64,000 nucleotides of DNA from Takakia lepidozioides. Its lineage: Eukaryota; Plantae; Bryophyta. Numbering within the stretch: position 1 is the first letter of the stretch; each line of letters opens with the position of its first letter. This document shows positions 12,777 to 26,300 of this stretch, piece by piece. Under the pieces are notes generated by a model. That model was given only the letters and a program-made list of their open reading frames with translations, did no database searches and was not told the origin of the DNA. The stretch lies in the NCBI GenBank assembly GCA_030704615.1, contig CM060733.1, positions 74,338,001 through 74,402,000 on the forward strand, given 5' to 3'. Both the position numbers and the translations under genes were made by a program.

Positions 12777-13619
12777 TCTTTGCTTTGCAATCCTTGCAAT
12801 CTCAGCTCCTTCAGTATCTGCATCGCTTGTGGGGTAGCAATTGTTTGTTTCTGCAGAATTGTGGTGCTCTTCACCCTGATTTCCTCCATTCCTCTCACTC
12901 TCTTCATTCTAGACCCACAGAAATGTTTTGGCCGTAACAATTGAAGAAATGCCTGTAGTGCACAAAACGTAAACGTATGGTTGCCACAAAAAGCTATGGG
13001 TAATTTCTTGTAAGCCTGCGGGGCTTGCAAACATCGATCAAGAAAAAAGCTCCGCTCTGTTCTTTCGTGTCTATGCCACTGCGTAAGTAATATTGCAAGT
13101 GTATAGTCTATTAGTTCCTCCATAGCTTCAAAGCTATAGCATTGATGGTCTGTCCCGTCGAGACGCCCGTTACTTAGAACGACGCCGACTCTTGCGCTTA
13201 AATTCCCTCTAATTTCTTGATCTTTTTTTTGGTTTTCGATTGGCTGTAACCGCTGTGACTGGATTTTAAATTTAATTCTCTTTAGTGGGCTTTCCCTGCT
13301 GGATTGTCCACTAGGATCACACATGTGACAAGAATTTCGCTTTTCTGTACTTGTTGTTTGTTCCGTTCCCCTTTTTCCGTATTCATTAATGGGCCCGCCA
13401 TTCATCCGAATTGACGCGCTAAGTAGGTACTTTGACGGCCATCTTTGTCCTCTTTCTTGATGACACATGTTCTTGCACTTCCTTCTCAGCTGTGTGTCGC
13501 GCCCTGACTTCCACGTGTCTATTTTTAAACCGGTTTCCGTCCTTTCTTCTGTCGGCCATTTTCCTGAAGTTATTGGGCGTCCACCTGTCACTGATTCTAT
13601 GGATCGTGTAACCCTAGTA

Positions 13620-13830
13620 GGCTGTGTTGAGCTGTGACAGGCTGTGTCATACTGTGGTACGCTGTGATAGGCTGTGATGCACTGTGGTAAGCTGTGATAG
13701 GCTGTGACACGCGGTGGTAGGTTGTGATAGGCTGTGTTGCGCCGTGCTGGGCTGTGATAGGCTGTGTCACGTTGTGATGGACTGTAATAGGCTGTGTTTC
13801 GCCTTGATGGGCTGTGATAGGCTGTGTCAC
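13620..13830. repeat. ~7 x 30-bp tandem repeat (CTGTGATAGGCTGTG core) just after the integrase tail
   Basis: Reads as repeated TAYHS-type decapeptides in ORF 12686-14212. Confidence 0.9.
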
Positions 13831-15516
13831 GCTTGTTCTGCCCGCCCTGGTCATATATGCTTGGCCTAGCGACAAGTGCTCCATACTCCGTTGGTAACAC
13901 TGGCGCAGCCCGTGACTGCTCTTGCGTTTCAACATGCAAATCATGCTGCAATGGTTTGTCATGGATACCACTGTATCCCTTTAACTTATTGGCATTGACT
14001 CTTCCCAGCATTTCTTTGTTAATGGTTTGTAACATGGCGGTGTTGTTATCATACATCTTTTGTATGACATAAGGTCCTTTCCATGGTGATTTAAGCTTAG
14101 AAGCTTTAATTTTTCCCTTCTTCTGCAACCATAGAACCAAATCTCCCGTCTTAAAAGTTTTTAACTTGTTTTCGTCAAACTGTTCCTTCCTCTTCATCTG
14201 AATTCTTGTCATATTATCAGCTGTTAGTGCACTGAGTGCCAGCCAGATTATTCTGGGGTCAAATCCTGCAACTTGACGGGTATGGTATGCTCTTCTCCCC
14301 CTTCCCTGCCGTGTCCCATCAGAAAGCCTTCACGGCGAGGTTACTGTGAAACAGATTATTTTCTCCTCTCACTATCAAGGGGCCTGATTTGTGAGCTCCT
14401 GGGTGTTTTCCCCTCAGAAAATAAAATAAAAATTGTTACTTAGTGACTTAGCTTAGTTGGTTCAGTGTTACTTAGCTTAGGGGCTTGGATGTTTGTTTGT
14501 TCATGAGGGTTTAATTTAATTTTTTGTTACTTTAGTTAGTTTTGTTTGTTTGTTAGTTAGGGTTCAATTTTTTATTTTATTTTATTTTATTTATTTATTT
14601 TTTAATCTTAGCTAGTTTTGTTTGTTTGTTAATATGTTCTATGGTACCATCCCCCTTTTTTTTTTGGCTTCTTTTGAGGTCATGGGCATTTGTTTGCATT
14701 GTAGGCATGGACCGGGATGAGGACAAGACCCCTCGTCGCCCTTCTTCCGGGAAGAAGAAACGACGTGATAACCTGGATCTGGCCCCGCGCATTACTCGTT
14801 CAGCAAGGAACTCTCGATATCCCGGATGGCCCTAGCCCTAATTGCATATGAAGGCTGTCCTGGAACGTTCACGGGCAGCCGTGCTTGAGGCAAGAGAGAG
14901 GGAGAGGGTCGAGTGGACTTTGCGCCATGGGTTGGGGCTAGAGGTGGAGGAGGGTGGTGATGCCAGGGATAGTTCATCATGGCAACATGAGGCCGCCGCC
15001 GAGGCTGCGGCGGCAGCTATGTTATCTTTATCCCCCGGTGGTGCAGCGCCCTCTCCCTCACATGTTCATGGCAGCACCGGGGGTGTCTCCACCTTACCAG
15101 GCGTCGTTTGGTGGATGCCGGAAACCTCTTGCCAACTTGGAATGCCGCCTCTCCCACCGAGAAGGCGGCGCTCTTGGCGCAATTGGGCATTCCCATTGCG
15201 GCGACCGTTGCCTCTGACCACGGGGTTACACTATCCGTATTTGTTCTTAGTTTTTCTCATCTTTTTTGAACTTGTAAATTTTAGAAGATGAATAAATTAG
15301 GTGGTTGATTCTACTGGCATGTGTTTGATTTGCAGGGTGCGGCCTCCTTTGGCTCAATGTAGAGTTACACGATGGGGGCACGGCCCCTAGAGGTCCCACT
15401 TGTCATTGATGAGGGGGCTAGAGAGAGACGCAGGCAAAGAGAGAAAGAAAGTGAGGCTATTGTTGGGAAGGGAAAAGGCCTATCATTAGAACCCCCAAAG
15501 AAGAAAAAGAGGCCTC

Positions 15517-15680
15517 CACTATAAGAAAATTTGGTTTTTACGACTCTGTCTTATGATTGCAAATGCATTTATGAAAGCCATTTACGACTCCCTAACTCTG
15601 AAGAAGTAGAAGCCGAGTTAGTTGTGACATGGTAGTCGTGGCTGCCATGGAGTCGTAAGTGACAATCGCGAGGCTTTGTG
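15517..15680 (+). mobile_element. CACTA transposon left end (truncated)
   Basis: CACTATAAGAAAA terminus followed by CGAC/GTCG subterminal motifs. Confidence 0.55.
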
Positions 15681-16628
15681 TGATGTGGCGCCGGAGCTGC
15701 GCGTGGTCATAGTCATACACGCTGGCTTGGCTGAATGATTAAACGGTCATTGTCCGCCATGTCAACCGCTGAGTGGGAGAGACACGTGCTGAATAGGGGA
15801 CATGCCACATGTCAGGCTGCACAGGCATCCCTGATTGTGAGCTGTGACTGCGGAGGGGGGAATCAGACGTCAGCACGTGTCGCTTCGTGGTTCCAGCACG
15901 TGCTTCCCCATGTGGTTGACATGTGTCGCCTTGGGGGTGGGGATTCACAGTCATGGATATGTCTGTATAGGGGGGTATCAGGGAACGCCACGTCGCACGA
16001 GGACATGGTGAGACTGTGACTACCCACGTGCTGGACTCTCCTGAATATCCACATGCCCAAACTTTGCCAACATGGCCACTTGTAAATTCTTTGGGTTTTG
16101 ACGCCTATACCAATCATCAGCTTTACCTTTGAGGTTTAACCTTGCCACCTTGAATATGAGGTTTGCTATTTCATGAGCATGAGCGGCATGAGCGGCATGA
16201 GCGGCATGAGCAGAGTAGTAACACAATCGGTTTTCATGAGCAGAAGTACAAATTTCGAAAATAAAAAACAATAAAAAACAATAATTTAATGCAATGTGTC
16301 AGGAAAAACAAATATATTAATCGGCCCCTTGAAGGGAAAATTGCATTTTTGACAGTTGTGCTCATGATATTTCGTCTTCCGCTCATGCCAATTCCCAGCG
16401 ACATGTGCAAATATGGCGCCGAATTTCGCGGTAATAGGGTCCGTAACCTGAAAAACGGCGACGTATTTCGCGGTAATAGGTTTCTCTGGCGAAAAATGGG
16501 AACGAATTCCGCGGCTATAGGTCCCCTCATGACAGGTAATTCAGCGCCATTTTTCCAGTGCATGTTCGGACTTAGCCAGTTCGGACTTAGCCAGTTCGGA
16601 CTTAGCATGTTCAGACGTGCAACTCACC

Positions 16629-18729
16629 TCCCGCATATAGTCGCCGAACTGGAGGAAACGATAATGCCACCATGCTAGCCAACTGACCATTGCTCCCTCG
16701 TCTGATTTCCTTACAACACCTGACGATGTCCACCAAGCCCGTATGCATGCAAACTGTGTCTCTGCATCATCCAAGGTAGGAGCGCGCTTCCACGCAAGGC
16801 ACATGGAACGGTGCTCCTCTCTGAAATCTGGCGCCACGAGCCTGGTTGTGTACTGCGAAAGGCTTTGCAGAAAATGGAACCCACAAGATCTCTCCTTGCC
16901 TTCCATGGGAACATTGGGGTCTTGCCCGTACACCCTTCGGATGGCAGCCCAATTTGCTTGTGCGTTGTCTGCCATGAAACCACGGAAATTCGGAGGGGGC
17001 AATCCCGCCTTGGCCATCTGTTCGTTTATTCCCTGCCAAAGAAGCATCTCCGATTGTGTGTCCTCTCCTTTCATCTCACAAATAGCAATTGTCATTAGCA
17101 TCCTGCAGTGGGTGTCGTAGACATGTGCACCCATTGTCACCCACTGGTGATTTGTAATTCACTTGATATGGTCGAACATGACCAAACTGTTTGACAAGTT
17201 CCTACTCGTCATCCTGTCAACCAGTTCGACGCCGCTGCCAGGTCCACACGTGGACATTTTGAATACGAAACAACGATCTGCCTCAGTCCATTGTCCTGGA
17301 AACCTACTTCCATGAATGTAGTCATATCCACATCGTCGCTTCACCTCCAGAATGGAGTGCATATCCGAGCCACGCCCAATTTTCTGTTTGCATGAGACAA
17401 TGTGGTTTCGGACATTCGGTGAACATACGTGGGACACCGACTCCAGCAATGCCTCCATTTCCTTCTCGTCGAGAGGAACTCTATCGGAGCCGTCTTCCGA
17501 CATAATTCTGGCCAATGCCATCTTATGGGCGGCTTGGAGCTGTATCTGTTTGGGTTTGGCACCCGATCTCAACTTAACCTCCTCCTGAACGAGCTGCTCT
17601 GCTTCGTGGGCAGCCTCCCGCGAGTTCCCCCTCGCCAATTTGTGACAATGGGAACCAACGTGTATGCAAGCTGGTGTGAGGTCAGAGAAACGGTGCAACA
17701 CATAGAACTGCTTGGCATTACAAACAGACATGCAGTGTGGTGGTTCTTTGCAATGCGCACACTTAAATGTGGAGTTCGGAACCTTCTCCTGAGCTCGAAA
17801 TGGTTGATGAGCTGTGCCTGTCCAATCGGTCTCGTTCCTGTGACCTCTGGATTTAAAGTGGAAGCAAGTTGGGGAGAAACACCGCAACGCGCCCGCACAA
17901 ACAACGTAGCGCACCCGCACACCATCGAGCATCTTCATGCTGGTGGTTTTGGTAACGCACCAAGGATGACCGTCATGTTTTCTATCCATATCTGTCAACA
18001 TTCCGGACGCCCTCGAGTAGTCCGCCCGAGGAGGGAACTCAAAGAAGATATTACCGTCGACGTCGGCGGGAAGGCATGTAACCGATTTAATTGCGAACTT
18101 GCTGTAGTCCAGCCCGGCCAGCTCCGACCGGTGTCCCTCCAGGTGAAGCCCTCGCAGAATTTCAAAATAGATCGAACTGCGGTGCTCGTGCTGGGAATAT
18201 GACTCCCTCCTCCACTGACGTCCATTGAGGACTTGCCTGATCTCCAGGACGACCTCGGAACTTCCATGACCTCGTCTGAGTCGGACAGGTTGTGAACAAC
18301 CCGGTTCTGGCTCGTCTTCATGGATGGGTTCGGCTCTGGATTTACTTCGTTGCGGACTTCTCTCTTTGAGGTAGCCACTCTCTGATTCGCGGATTGTTTC
18401 GTGGAAGGCGCCAGGATAGAAGGTGCATTTGGCGGGCAAATGAAGTCCCCAACAGCCCTGTATATGACGCTGTCCAATGGTGGAACTCGCCATTCCCTGC
18501 CATCGCCGAAATCATCGTGGAGCACAACAATACTGTCGACAACAAGGCCGTTAGAGTCCTTCCTTTCCTCCTCCAAAAAAACCGACCCCGGTTTCAGGTG
18601 GTATCGAACGCACAGATATTTCTCCATCACCCGGCAGGTGTCCCCTCTGCACGGAAATGAAGCTCTATGCTCGTGAGGAGGGCAGTACACTGTAGCGCTC
18701 GGGTTTTCCGCCATGGGAGATGTGCACAC
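16629..18729 (-). pseudogene. MULE-1 transposase, frameshifted, with an internal stop and no C-terminus
   Basis: Cys/His N-terminal domain (DGHPW..C.G...C..C..C..H.H), MFDHIK*, FMADNAQAN and CGFHFLQS, paralogous to the MULE-2 transposase. Ends at a GTGAGT donor in the same position as the MULE-2 intron; the catalytic-E/SWIM exon is missing. Confidence 0.85.
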
Positions 18730-19009
18730 AAGACTCCCAGGATGGAGTGCGGGGAAGCTCCCTGGTAGAAGGGGGATGCAGCGATGGGAATGAATGCGAT
18801 GCCGATTTGTCCGAGCGACGAAGCCTGATCCAAATCCAGGGAGCCAACTATCTCAAAAATCCACAGTCAGAGTGTTAATGAATCTTGTCTCCGGAATGCG
18901 GCCCCTGGTCTTTGCGCAATAACTGCCAACGGTATGCAGTCAGAAAGTGGGGGGCCGTCCGGATGATGACGGCTGAAGGGGAGAAGCCGGCACCGTGCCG
19001 TCACATTAC

Positions 19010-22000
19010 TACCCCCGAATGGAAATTCGGCACCCAATATCCAACAGGGGAAGCCCGGATGAAGTCGCCTCGGGCGCAGAGGCCGGCGCGTGTGCGACAG
19101 AGAACATCCCCTGGATGGAGATTCGGCGCCGAATTTCCATCCAGCAGGTAAAGGAAGTCGTGTCGGGGGGTCAGGCCGAAAACTGGCCGGCATAAAAACA
19201 TCCCCAGATGGAAAAACGGCGCCGAATTTCCATCCGGGGCGGTTCGGATGCAGTCGGGGAGGGGGGAGAGGCCGGCACTTGGCCGTCACATTTCAACCCC
19301 CGGACGGAAATTCGGCACCGAATATCGAACAGGGGACGCCCGGATGAAGTCGCCTCGGGCGTAGAGGTCGGCACGTGTTCGACAGAGAGCATCCCTTGGA
19401 TGGAGATTCGGCGCCGAATTTCCATCCGGGCCCCCCCAAGGAAGTCTTGTCGGGGTGTCAGACTGAAAACTGGCCGACATAAAAACCTCCCCAGATGGGA
19501 AAACGGCGCCGAATTTCAATCCGGGGCCATTCCAATGCGGTTGGGGAGGGGGGAGAGGTCGGCACCTGGCCGTCATATTTCAACCGCCGGACGGAAATTC
19601 GGCACCGAATATCCAACAGAGCGGCGGAGAGGCCGGCACCTCTCCGACAGAGACCAGCCCCGGATGGAAATTCGGCGCCGAATTTCCACCCAGCAGGTAA
19701 GTGCAATCCCGGATGGACGGAAATCCGGCGCCGAATTTCCATCCAGCAGGTAAGTGAAATCCCGGATCGATCGAAATCCGGCGCCGCATATCCATCCTGC
19801 AGGTAATTCGAATCCCGGATGGATGGAAATCCGGCGCCGAATTTCCATCCAGCAGGTAAATTGAATCCCGGATGGATGGAAATCCGGCGCCGAATTTCCA
19901 TCCAGCAGGTAAGTGAAATCCCGGATCAATCGAAATCCGGCGCCGCATATCCATCCTGCAGGTAATTCGAATCCCGGATGGATGGAAATTCGGCGCCGAA
20001 TTTCCATCCAGCAGGTAAGTTGAATCCCGGATGGATAGAAATCCGGCACCGAATTTCCATCCAGCTGGTAAGTCGGATCGCTGGCGTATGGATATTCGGC
20101 GCCGAATTTCCATTAGGCAGGTATTTCATCGCTGAGAATTACCTTCCTGCAGGTAATTCTGATCGAGGAATTACCTTCCTGCAGGTAATTCTCAGCGATG
20201 AATTACCTTCCTGCAGGTAATTCTTATCGACGAAGGTAGGAAGGTAATTCCTCGCTCAGAATTACCTGCAGGAAGGTAATTCATTGATCAGAATTACCTG
20301 CAGGAAGGTAATTCTCAGCGATGAAATACCTGCAGGATGGAAATTCGGCGCCGGATTTCGATCCATCCGGGATTCCAGTAACCTGCTGGATGGAAATGCG
20401 GCGCCGAATTTCCATCCATCCGGGATTCGAATTACCTGCTGGACGGAAATCCGGCGCCGAATTTCCAATCATCCGGGATTCCACTTACCTGCTGGATGGA
20501 AATCCGGCGCCGAATTTCCATCCATCCGGGATTCGAATTACCTGCTGGATGGAAATCCGGCGCCGAATTTCCATCCATCCGGGATTCGAATTACCTGCTG
20601 GATGGAAATCCGGCGCCGAATTTCCATCCATCCGGGATTCGAATTACCTGCAGGATGGAAATTCGGCGCCGAATTTCCATCCATCCGGGATTCGAATTAC
20701 CTGCAGGATGGAAATTCGGCGCCGAATTTCCATCCATCCGGGATTCGAATTACCTGCAGGATGGAAATTCGGCGCCGAATTTCCATCCATCCGGGTTTCG
20801 AATTACCTGCAGGATGGAAATTCGGCGCCGGATTTCCATCCATCCGGGATTCCACTTACCTGCAAGATGGAAATCCGGTGCCGGATCTCCATCCATCCGC
20901 TCTCCGACCAACCTTGCGGATGGAAATCCGGTGCCGAATTTCCATCCATCCGCTCTTCGAATTACCTGCATGACGGAAATTTTGCGCGCCGACCTAGCTG
21001 GCGGATGGAAATTCGGCGCCGGATTTCCATCCATCCGCTCTTGGAATTACCTGCATGACTGGAAAAATGGCGCCGAATTTCCGATTTTGGTGCAAGTCAG
21101 ATCTGGGACTTAGCCATTTTCAGCCCCGAAATGGAAAAATGGCGCCAAAAAAAAAAAAAAAAAAAAAAAAAAAACAAAACGTCATTTTTCCATGTCGGGG
21201 CCAAAAACGGCTAAGTCCCAGATCTGACTGGCACCCAAAATCGGAAATTCGGCGCCATTTTTCCAGTCATGCAGGTAATTCCAAGAGCGGATGGATGGAA
21301 ATCCGGCGCCGAATTTCCATCCATCCGCTCTTCGAATTACCTGCACGACGGAAATTTTGCGCGCCGACTTACCTGGTGGATGGAAATCCGGCGCCGGATT
21401 TCCATCCATCCGCTCTTGGAATTACCTGCATGACTGGAAAAATGGCGCCGAATTTCCGATTTTGGTGCAAGTCAGATCTGGGACTTAGCAAATTTTCGGC
21501 CCCGAAATGGAAAAAGGCGCCAAAAAAAAAAAAAAAAAAAAAAAAAACGCCATTTTTCCATGTCGGGGCCGAAAACGGCTAAGTCCCAGATCTGACTGGC
21601 ACCCAAAATCGGAAATTCGGCGCCATTTTTCCAATCATGCAGGTAATTCGAAGAGCGGATGGATGGAAATCCGGCGCCGGATTTTCATCCATCCGCTCTT
21701 CGAATTACCTACACGACGGAAATTTTGCGCGCCGACTTACCTGGTGGATGGAAATCCGGCGCCGGATTTCCATCCATCCGCTCTTGGAATTACCTGCATG
21801 ACTGGAAAAATGGCGCCGAATTTCCGATTTTGGTGCAAGTCAGATCTGGGACTTAGCCATTTTCGGCCCCGACATGGAAAAATGGCGTTTTTTTTTTTTT
21901 TTTTTTGTTTTTTTGGCGCCATTTTTTCCATTTCGGGGCCGAAAATGGCTAAGTCCCAGATCTGACTTGCACCCAAATCGGAAATTCGGCGCCATTTTTC

Positions 22001-22260
22001 CAGTCATGCAGGTAATTCCAAGAGCGGATGGATGGAAATCCGGCGCCGGATTTCCATCCACCAGGTAAGTTGGCGCGCAAAATTTCCGTCGTGCAGGTAA
22101 TTCGAAGAGCGGATGGATGAAAATCCGGCGCCGGATTTCCATCCATCCGCTCTTCGAATTACCTGCATGATTGGAAAAATGGCGCCGAATTTCCGATTTT
22201 GGGTGCCAGTCAGATCTGGGACTTAGCCGTTTTCGGCAACGAAATGGAAAAAAGTCGCCG

Positions 22261-22292
<32 letters not shown>

Positions 22293-22633
22293 GCCATTTT
22301 TCTTGTTTGGGGCCGAAAACGGCTAAGTCCCAGATCTGACTGGCACCCAAAATCGGAAATTCGGCGCCATTTTTCCAGTCATGCAGGTAATTCCAAGAGC
22401 GGATGGATGGAAATCCGGCGCCAAATTTTCATCCATCCGCTCTTCGAATTACCTGCATGACGGAAATTTTGCTCGCCGACTTACCTGGTGGATGGAAATC
22501 CGGCGCCGGATTTCCATCCATCCGCTCTTGGAATTACCTGCATGACTGGAAAAATGGCGCCGAATTTCCGATTTTGGTGCAAGTCAGATCTGGGACTTAG
22601 CCATTTTCGGCAACGAAATGGAAAAAAAGTCGC

Positions 22634-22678
<45 letters not shown>

Positions 22679-23199
22679 GCCATTTTTCTTGTTTGGGGCC
22701 GAAAACGGCTAAGTCCCAGATCTGACTGGCACCCAAAATCGGAAATTCGGCGCCATTTTTCCAGTCATGCAGGTAATTCGAAGAGCGGATGGATGGAAAT
22801 CCGGCGCCGGATTTTCATCCATCCGCTCTTCGAATTACCTGCATGACGGAAATTTTGCGCGCCGACCTAGCTGGCGGATGGTAATCCGGCGCCGGATTTC
22901 CATCCATCTGCTCTTCGAATTACCTGCATGACTGGAAAAATGGCGCCGAATTTCCGATTTTGGTGCCAGTCAAATCTGGGACTTAGCCATTTTCGGCAAC
23001 GAAATGGAAAAATGGCGCCGAAAAAAAAAAAAAAAAAAAAAAAAAAAAACGCCTTTTTTCCAGTTCGGGGCCGAAAACGGCTAAGTCCCAGATCTGACTG
23101 GCACCCAAAATCGGAAATTCGGCGCCATTTTTCCATTTCTGGGCCCAGTCAGATCTGGGACTTAGCCATTTTCGGGCCCGAACTGGTTAAATCGCGCCG

Positions 23200-23235
<36 letters not shown>

Positions 23236-24017
23236 GATATTTTGCAGTTCTGGGCTGAAAACGGCTAAGTCCCAGATCTGACTGGCACCCAAAATCGGAA
23301 ATTCGGCGCCATTTTTCCAGTTCTGGGCCCAGTCAGATCTGGGACTTAGCCATTTTCGGCCCCGAACAGGAAAAATGGAAGTTGAAGACTCCCACAAGCT
23401 GAAACCATACTCCACACATGCACCACTTGCTTCCTTAACATCCGAGCTCTTCTTGAACTCCTCAAACCCTGCAACACTTGCAGAACAAGAGCTTCTTCAC
23501 AAGCTCTCAAACTTTCAATGATGCTCTTCTTGAAGACCTCCTCTTGTACATAAACACCACAAGACTTTCTTCTTGCAAACCCTGCAACAGCTTGTAACTT
23601 AAGAGCTATCTATCAAGCTCTTTTCCACACACAAGTGTTAACTATGCTAACACCTTGCACTTATAGATGTAAGCAGATCTTCTTCTAGTGATACGGAAAT
23701 GGTGAAAAGAGGAGAAACCATTCTATCACGTTATATAAGTCAAGCCAATGGCACCTTTGCTAAAAGACTCCACCATACAGACCTCACCCACTCTCCATCT
23801 CAAGTACTAGAGCGACTTCAATTGGCTCAACTTTTGTTTGACCACATGTTTTTTGAAAGCAGAGGCATAGCCAGTGGGTACTTTCAGGGCCGAAAATGGC
23901 TAAGTCCCTAGAATGGCTGGCACCAAAATCGGAAATTCGGCGCCATTTTTCCAGTTCCGGGCCCAGTCAGATCTGGGACTTAGCCATTTTAGGCCCCGAA
24001 CAAGTAAAATGGCACCG

Positions 24018-24061
<44 letters not shown>

Positions 24062-24190
24062 GCCATTGTTCTAGTTCGGGGCCTAAAATGGCTAAGTCCC
24101 AGATCTGACTGGCACCAAAATCGGAAATTCGGCGCCATTTTTCCAGTTCCGGGCCTAGTCAGATCTGGGACTTAGCCATTTTCGGCAAGT
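19010..24190. repeat. Palindrome array built on GGATGGAAATTCGGCGCCGAATTTCCATCC (30-bp perfect palindrome)
   Basis: 53-bp units (30-bp palindrome plus 23-bp linker) over 19660-20860, inverted around ~20240. Larger units with poly(A) loops flanked by CAGATCTGGGACTTAGCC inverted repeats over 21050-24190. Confidence 0.95.
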
Positions 24191-24409
24191 AAATGCAATA
24201 AAATGTTGCATTTCAAGTCCACTGGTGCCACATTCCAACTTCACATGACCCTATTTCCGTGCCTCCTAACCCTATTTCCGTGGACTTACAATGGTCTGCT
24301 CATGCTTTTTTTTTTTCCGCTCATGCTCATGCCGCTCATGAAATAGCAGCCCCCCTTGAATATCTTGTCATCTGATAAATCTCTTACATCTCCCGCCATT
24401 TGCAATTTT

Positions 24410-26300
24410 TCAAAAGAAGGATGGTAGTAAGAGGTTTTGTGGTGACTACAGGCAGCTCAATCTCCATACTTTGAAAGATGCCTACCCTATGCCCTTGATA
24501 CAAGATGTGTTACAACAACTCGGAAAATCACAATGGTTTTCTGCATTAGACCTGCAATCAGGGTTTTGGCAAATCAAAATGAGAGATGATGACATCAAAA
24601 AAACAGCCGTCATTACCAAAAGGGGACTATTCGAATGGTTGGTATTGCCCTTTGGCTTGAAGAATGCAACAGGAACCTTTCAAAGGGCCATGAATATCAT
24701 ACTACATGATGAACTCAAAAACTTTGCAAAGGTTTTTGTAGACGACATCAATGTACACAGTGCAACTTGGGACCTGAGCATCTACAATATCTTGACATTG
24801 TGCTGAAGAAGTTGAGAAAGCACAAGTTAAAGCTCAATCCAAACAAATGTGAAATGGGCAGACAAGAGTTGTGTTCCTAGGCCACGTGGTTTCCAAGGAA
24901 GGTGTAAGGCCTGATCCAAGCAAGGTGGTGGCCATACAACTGGTGTTTTCCAGTACCCACAAATCCAATAGCGGTAAAGAGCTTCATTGGACGTGTTACG
25001 AACTACTACAGGGATTACATCAGAGGCTATGCAAGCACATGTGTGCCATTATTCGCATTGACAAAGAAGGAGCCAGAATTTGCTTGGAATGCTGAAGCAC
25101 GGAATGCCTTTGAGGCATTGATCCTCAAATTGTAGCAAGCACCTATCCTGGTAAGGCCCGACTTCACAAAACCGTTTATACTAGATGTGGATTGGAGCAC
25201 TAAGGGTGTAAGGGCTATACTTTCACAAAAGGAACATCGTAAAGAACATGTCATAGCATATGCAAGTAAGGCATTGATAGATGTTCAGAAAAGATATCAT
25301 CCCATGGAGGGCGAGTGCTATGCACTAGTGTGGGGCATCCTGCACTTCCGACAGTATCTCTATGGAACACCATTCACGATAAGAACCGACCACAAACCAC
25401 TGCCAAAGAGTACGCGCCAGCTGTGCGAGAAGAAACAATACCCAACATATTCAACAATGAACAGGTACTTAAGCCAATTGGTACCCTACAATCTCAAAAA
25501 AAGGAGTTAAGAGGTGAGCATGCATCCTACCTGTTCCACAAGGCTATATTCGACATCACTGAGCCATTGCGTGAAACAAAATGAGGAAACAAATATGTCA
25601 TGATGGCAGTAGACCCCAACAGTGAGCAAGTAGAGGCATGCCCAGTCACTGTCCATACAGCAAAGTTGGCTGCACGATTTCTGGAAGAACAAGTTGTAGA
25701 CAGGTATGGAACACCCAAGATAGTGCTCACAGATCAAGGCACTAAGTGGGGCAAAGAATTTGAAGAGGTATGTGCAAAGTTTGGCATACAACATGATCAC
25801 TCAGCACCATATTGGCCGCAAAGCAATGGGATGGTGGAACGCATCATCAAATCGCTCAAACACAGCTACGGGTACTGAGCATACAGGGAGAACATGAATG
25901 GGATCGTGATTTATACAAAGCCCTATTTGGTTATAGAGTACAGACCTCAACTCGATTCTCTCCGTTCAAAGTACCGACAAGCAAAGACATAAGGATAGAT
26001 GTTGATAACAGATGGGGGAAAATCACAGAGCTTGTGGACTTACACGATGATGAGGAGGCCATCAACAATATGATGATGGAGAAGATAGACCTCCTGACAA
26101 ATATGGACATCACCCTTCATGAGAATGTACACCGAGCGTAAAAGGAACAACAAGAGAGTTACGCAGCTCGCAGAACAAGCAACTCCACATTGAACACACT
26201 TGAAGAAGTTTAGCTTGTAATGATGCTCAGACCAGGCAAGCACAAGGGAATCGAGCCAACTTGGGAGGGGCCACACACATTCCAGGGGTACAAAGACAAG
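24410..26300 (+). pseudogene. Degenerate Ty3/gypsy pol (RT, RNase H, integrase)
   Basis: KKDGSKRFCGDYRQLN, FSALDLQSGFWQI, PFGLKNA, FVDD; DWST..VIAYAS..EGECYA..TDHKPL; TDQG, PQSNGMVER. Many frameshifts and deletions. Confidence 0.9.

Larger units (their letters stand above)
8284..14230 (-). mobile_element. 5'-truncated Ty3/gypsy retrotransposon: integrase C-terminus, long accessory ORFs, PPT and 3' LTR
   Basis: Integrase tail GDLVL..KLKSPWKGPYVI (GPY/F module) near 14000-14212. PPT GAGAGGGGAAGGGG lies 3 nt before TGTTAG at 9310 (minus strand). LTR ~8284-9310, left edge uncertain. Confidence 0.75.
16158..24354 (-). mobile_element. Mutator-like element MULE-1 (defective derivative)
   Basis: TIRs GAGGTTTGCTATTTCATGAGC and GCTCATGAAATAGCAGCCCCC; 9-bp TSD CTTGAATAT at 16149-16157 and 24355-24363; CATGAGCGG subterminal repeats. 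Confidence 0.9.
16020..24410 (-). pseudogene. Gag-like fragment split by the MULE-1 insertion (24410-24355 joined to 16148-16020)
   Basis: Removing 16158-24354 and one TSD copy restores KLQMAGDVRDLSDDKIFKVARLNLKGKADDWY, a retrotransposon gag-type L.G.A..W motif. Confidence 0.65.

Noticed and set aside
19660-20860. CRISPR-like regularly spaced palindromic repeats
   Set aside because: The 23-bp linkers are near-identical rather than unique spacers, there are no cas genes, and the context is a eukaryotic transposon.
23385-23880. Non-repetitive island inside the MULE-1 array
   Set aside because: No recognisable ORF, termini or TSD, so it cannot be assigned.
18867-24108. Many overlapping ORFs with MEIRRRISI / DGNSAPNFHP / WKFGAEFPS repeats (also 61684-63959)
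   Set aside because: These are translations of a stop-poor palindromic repeat in all six frames, not genes.
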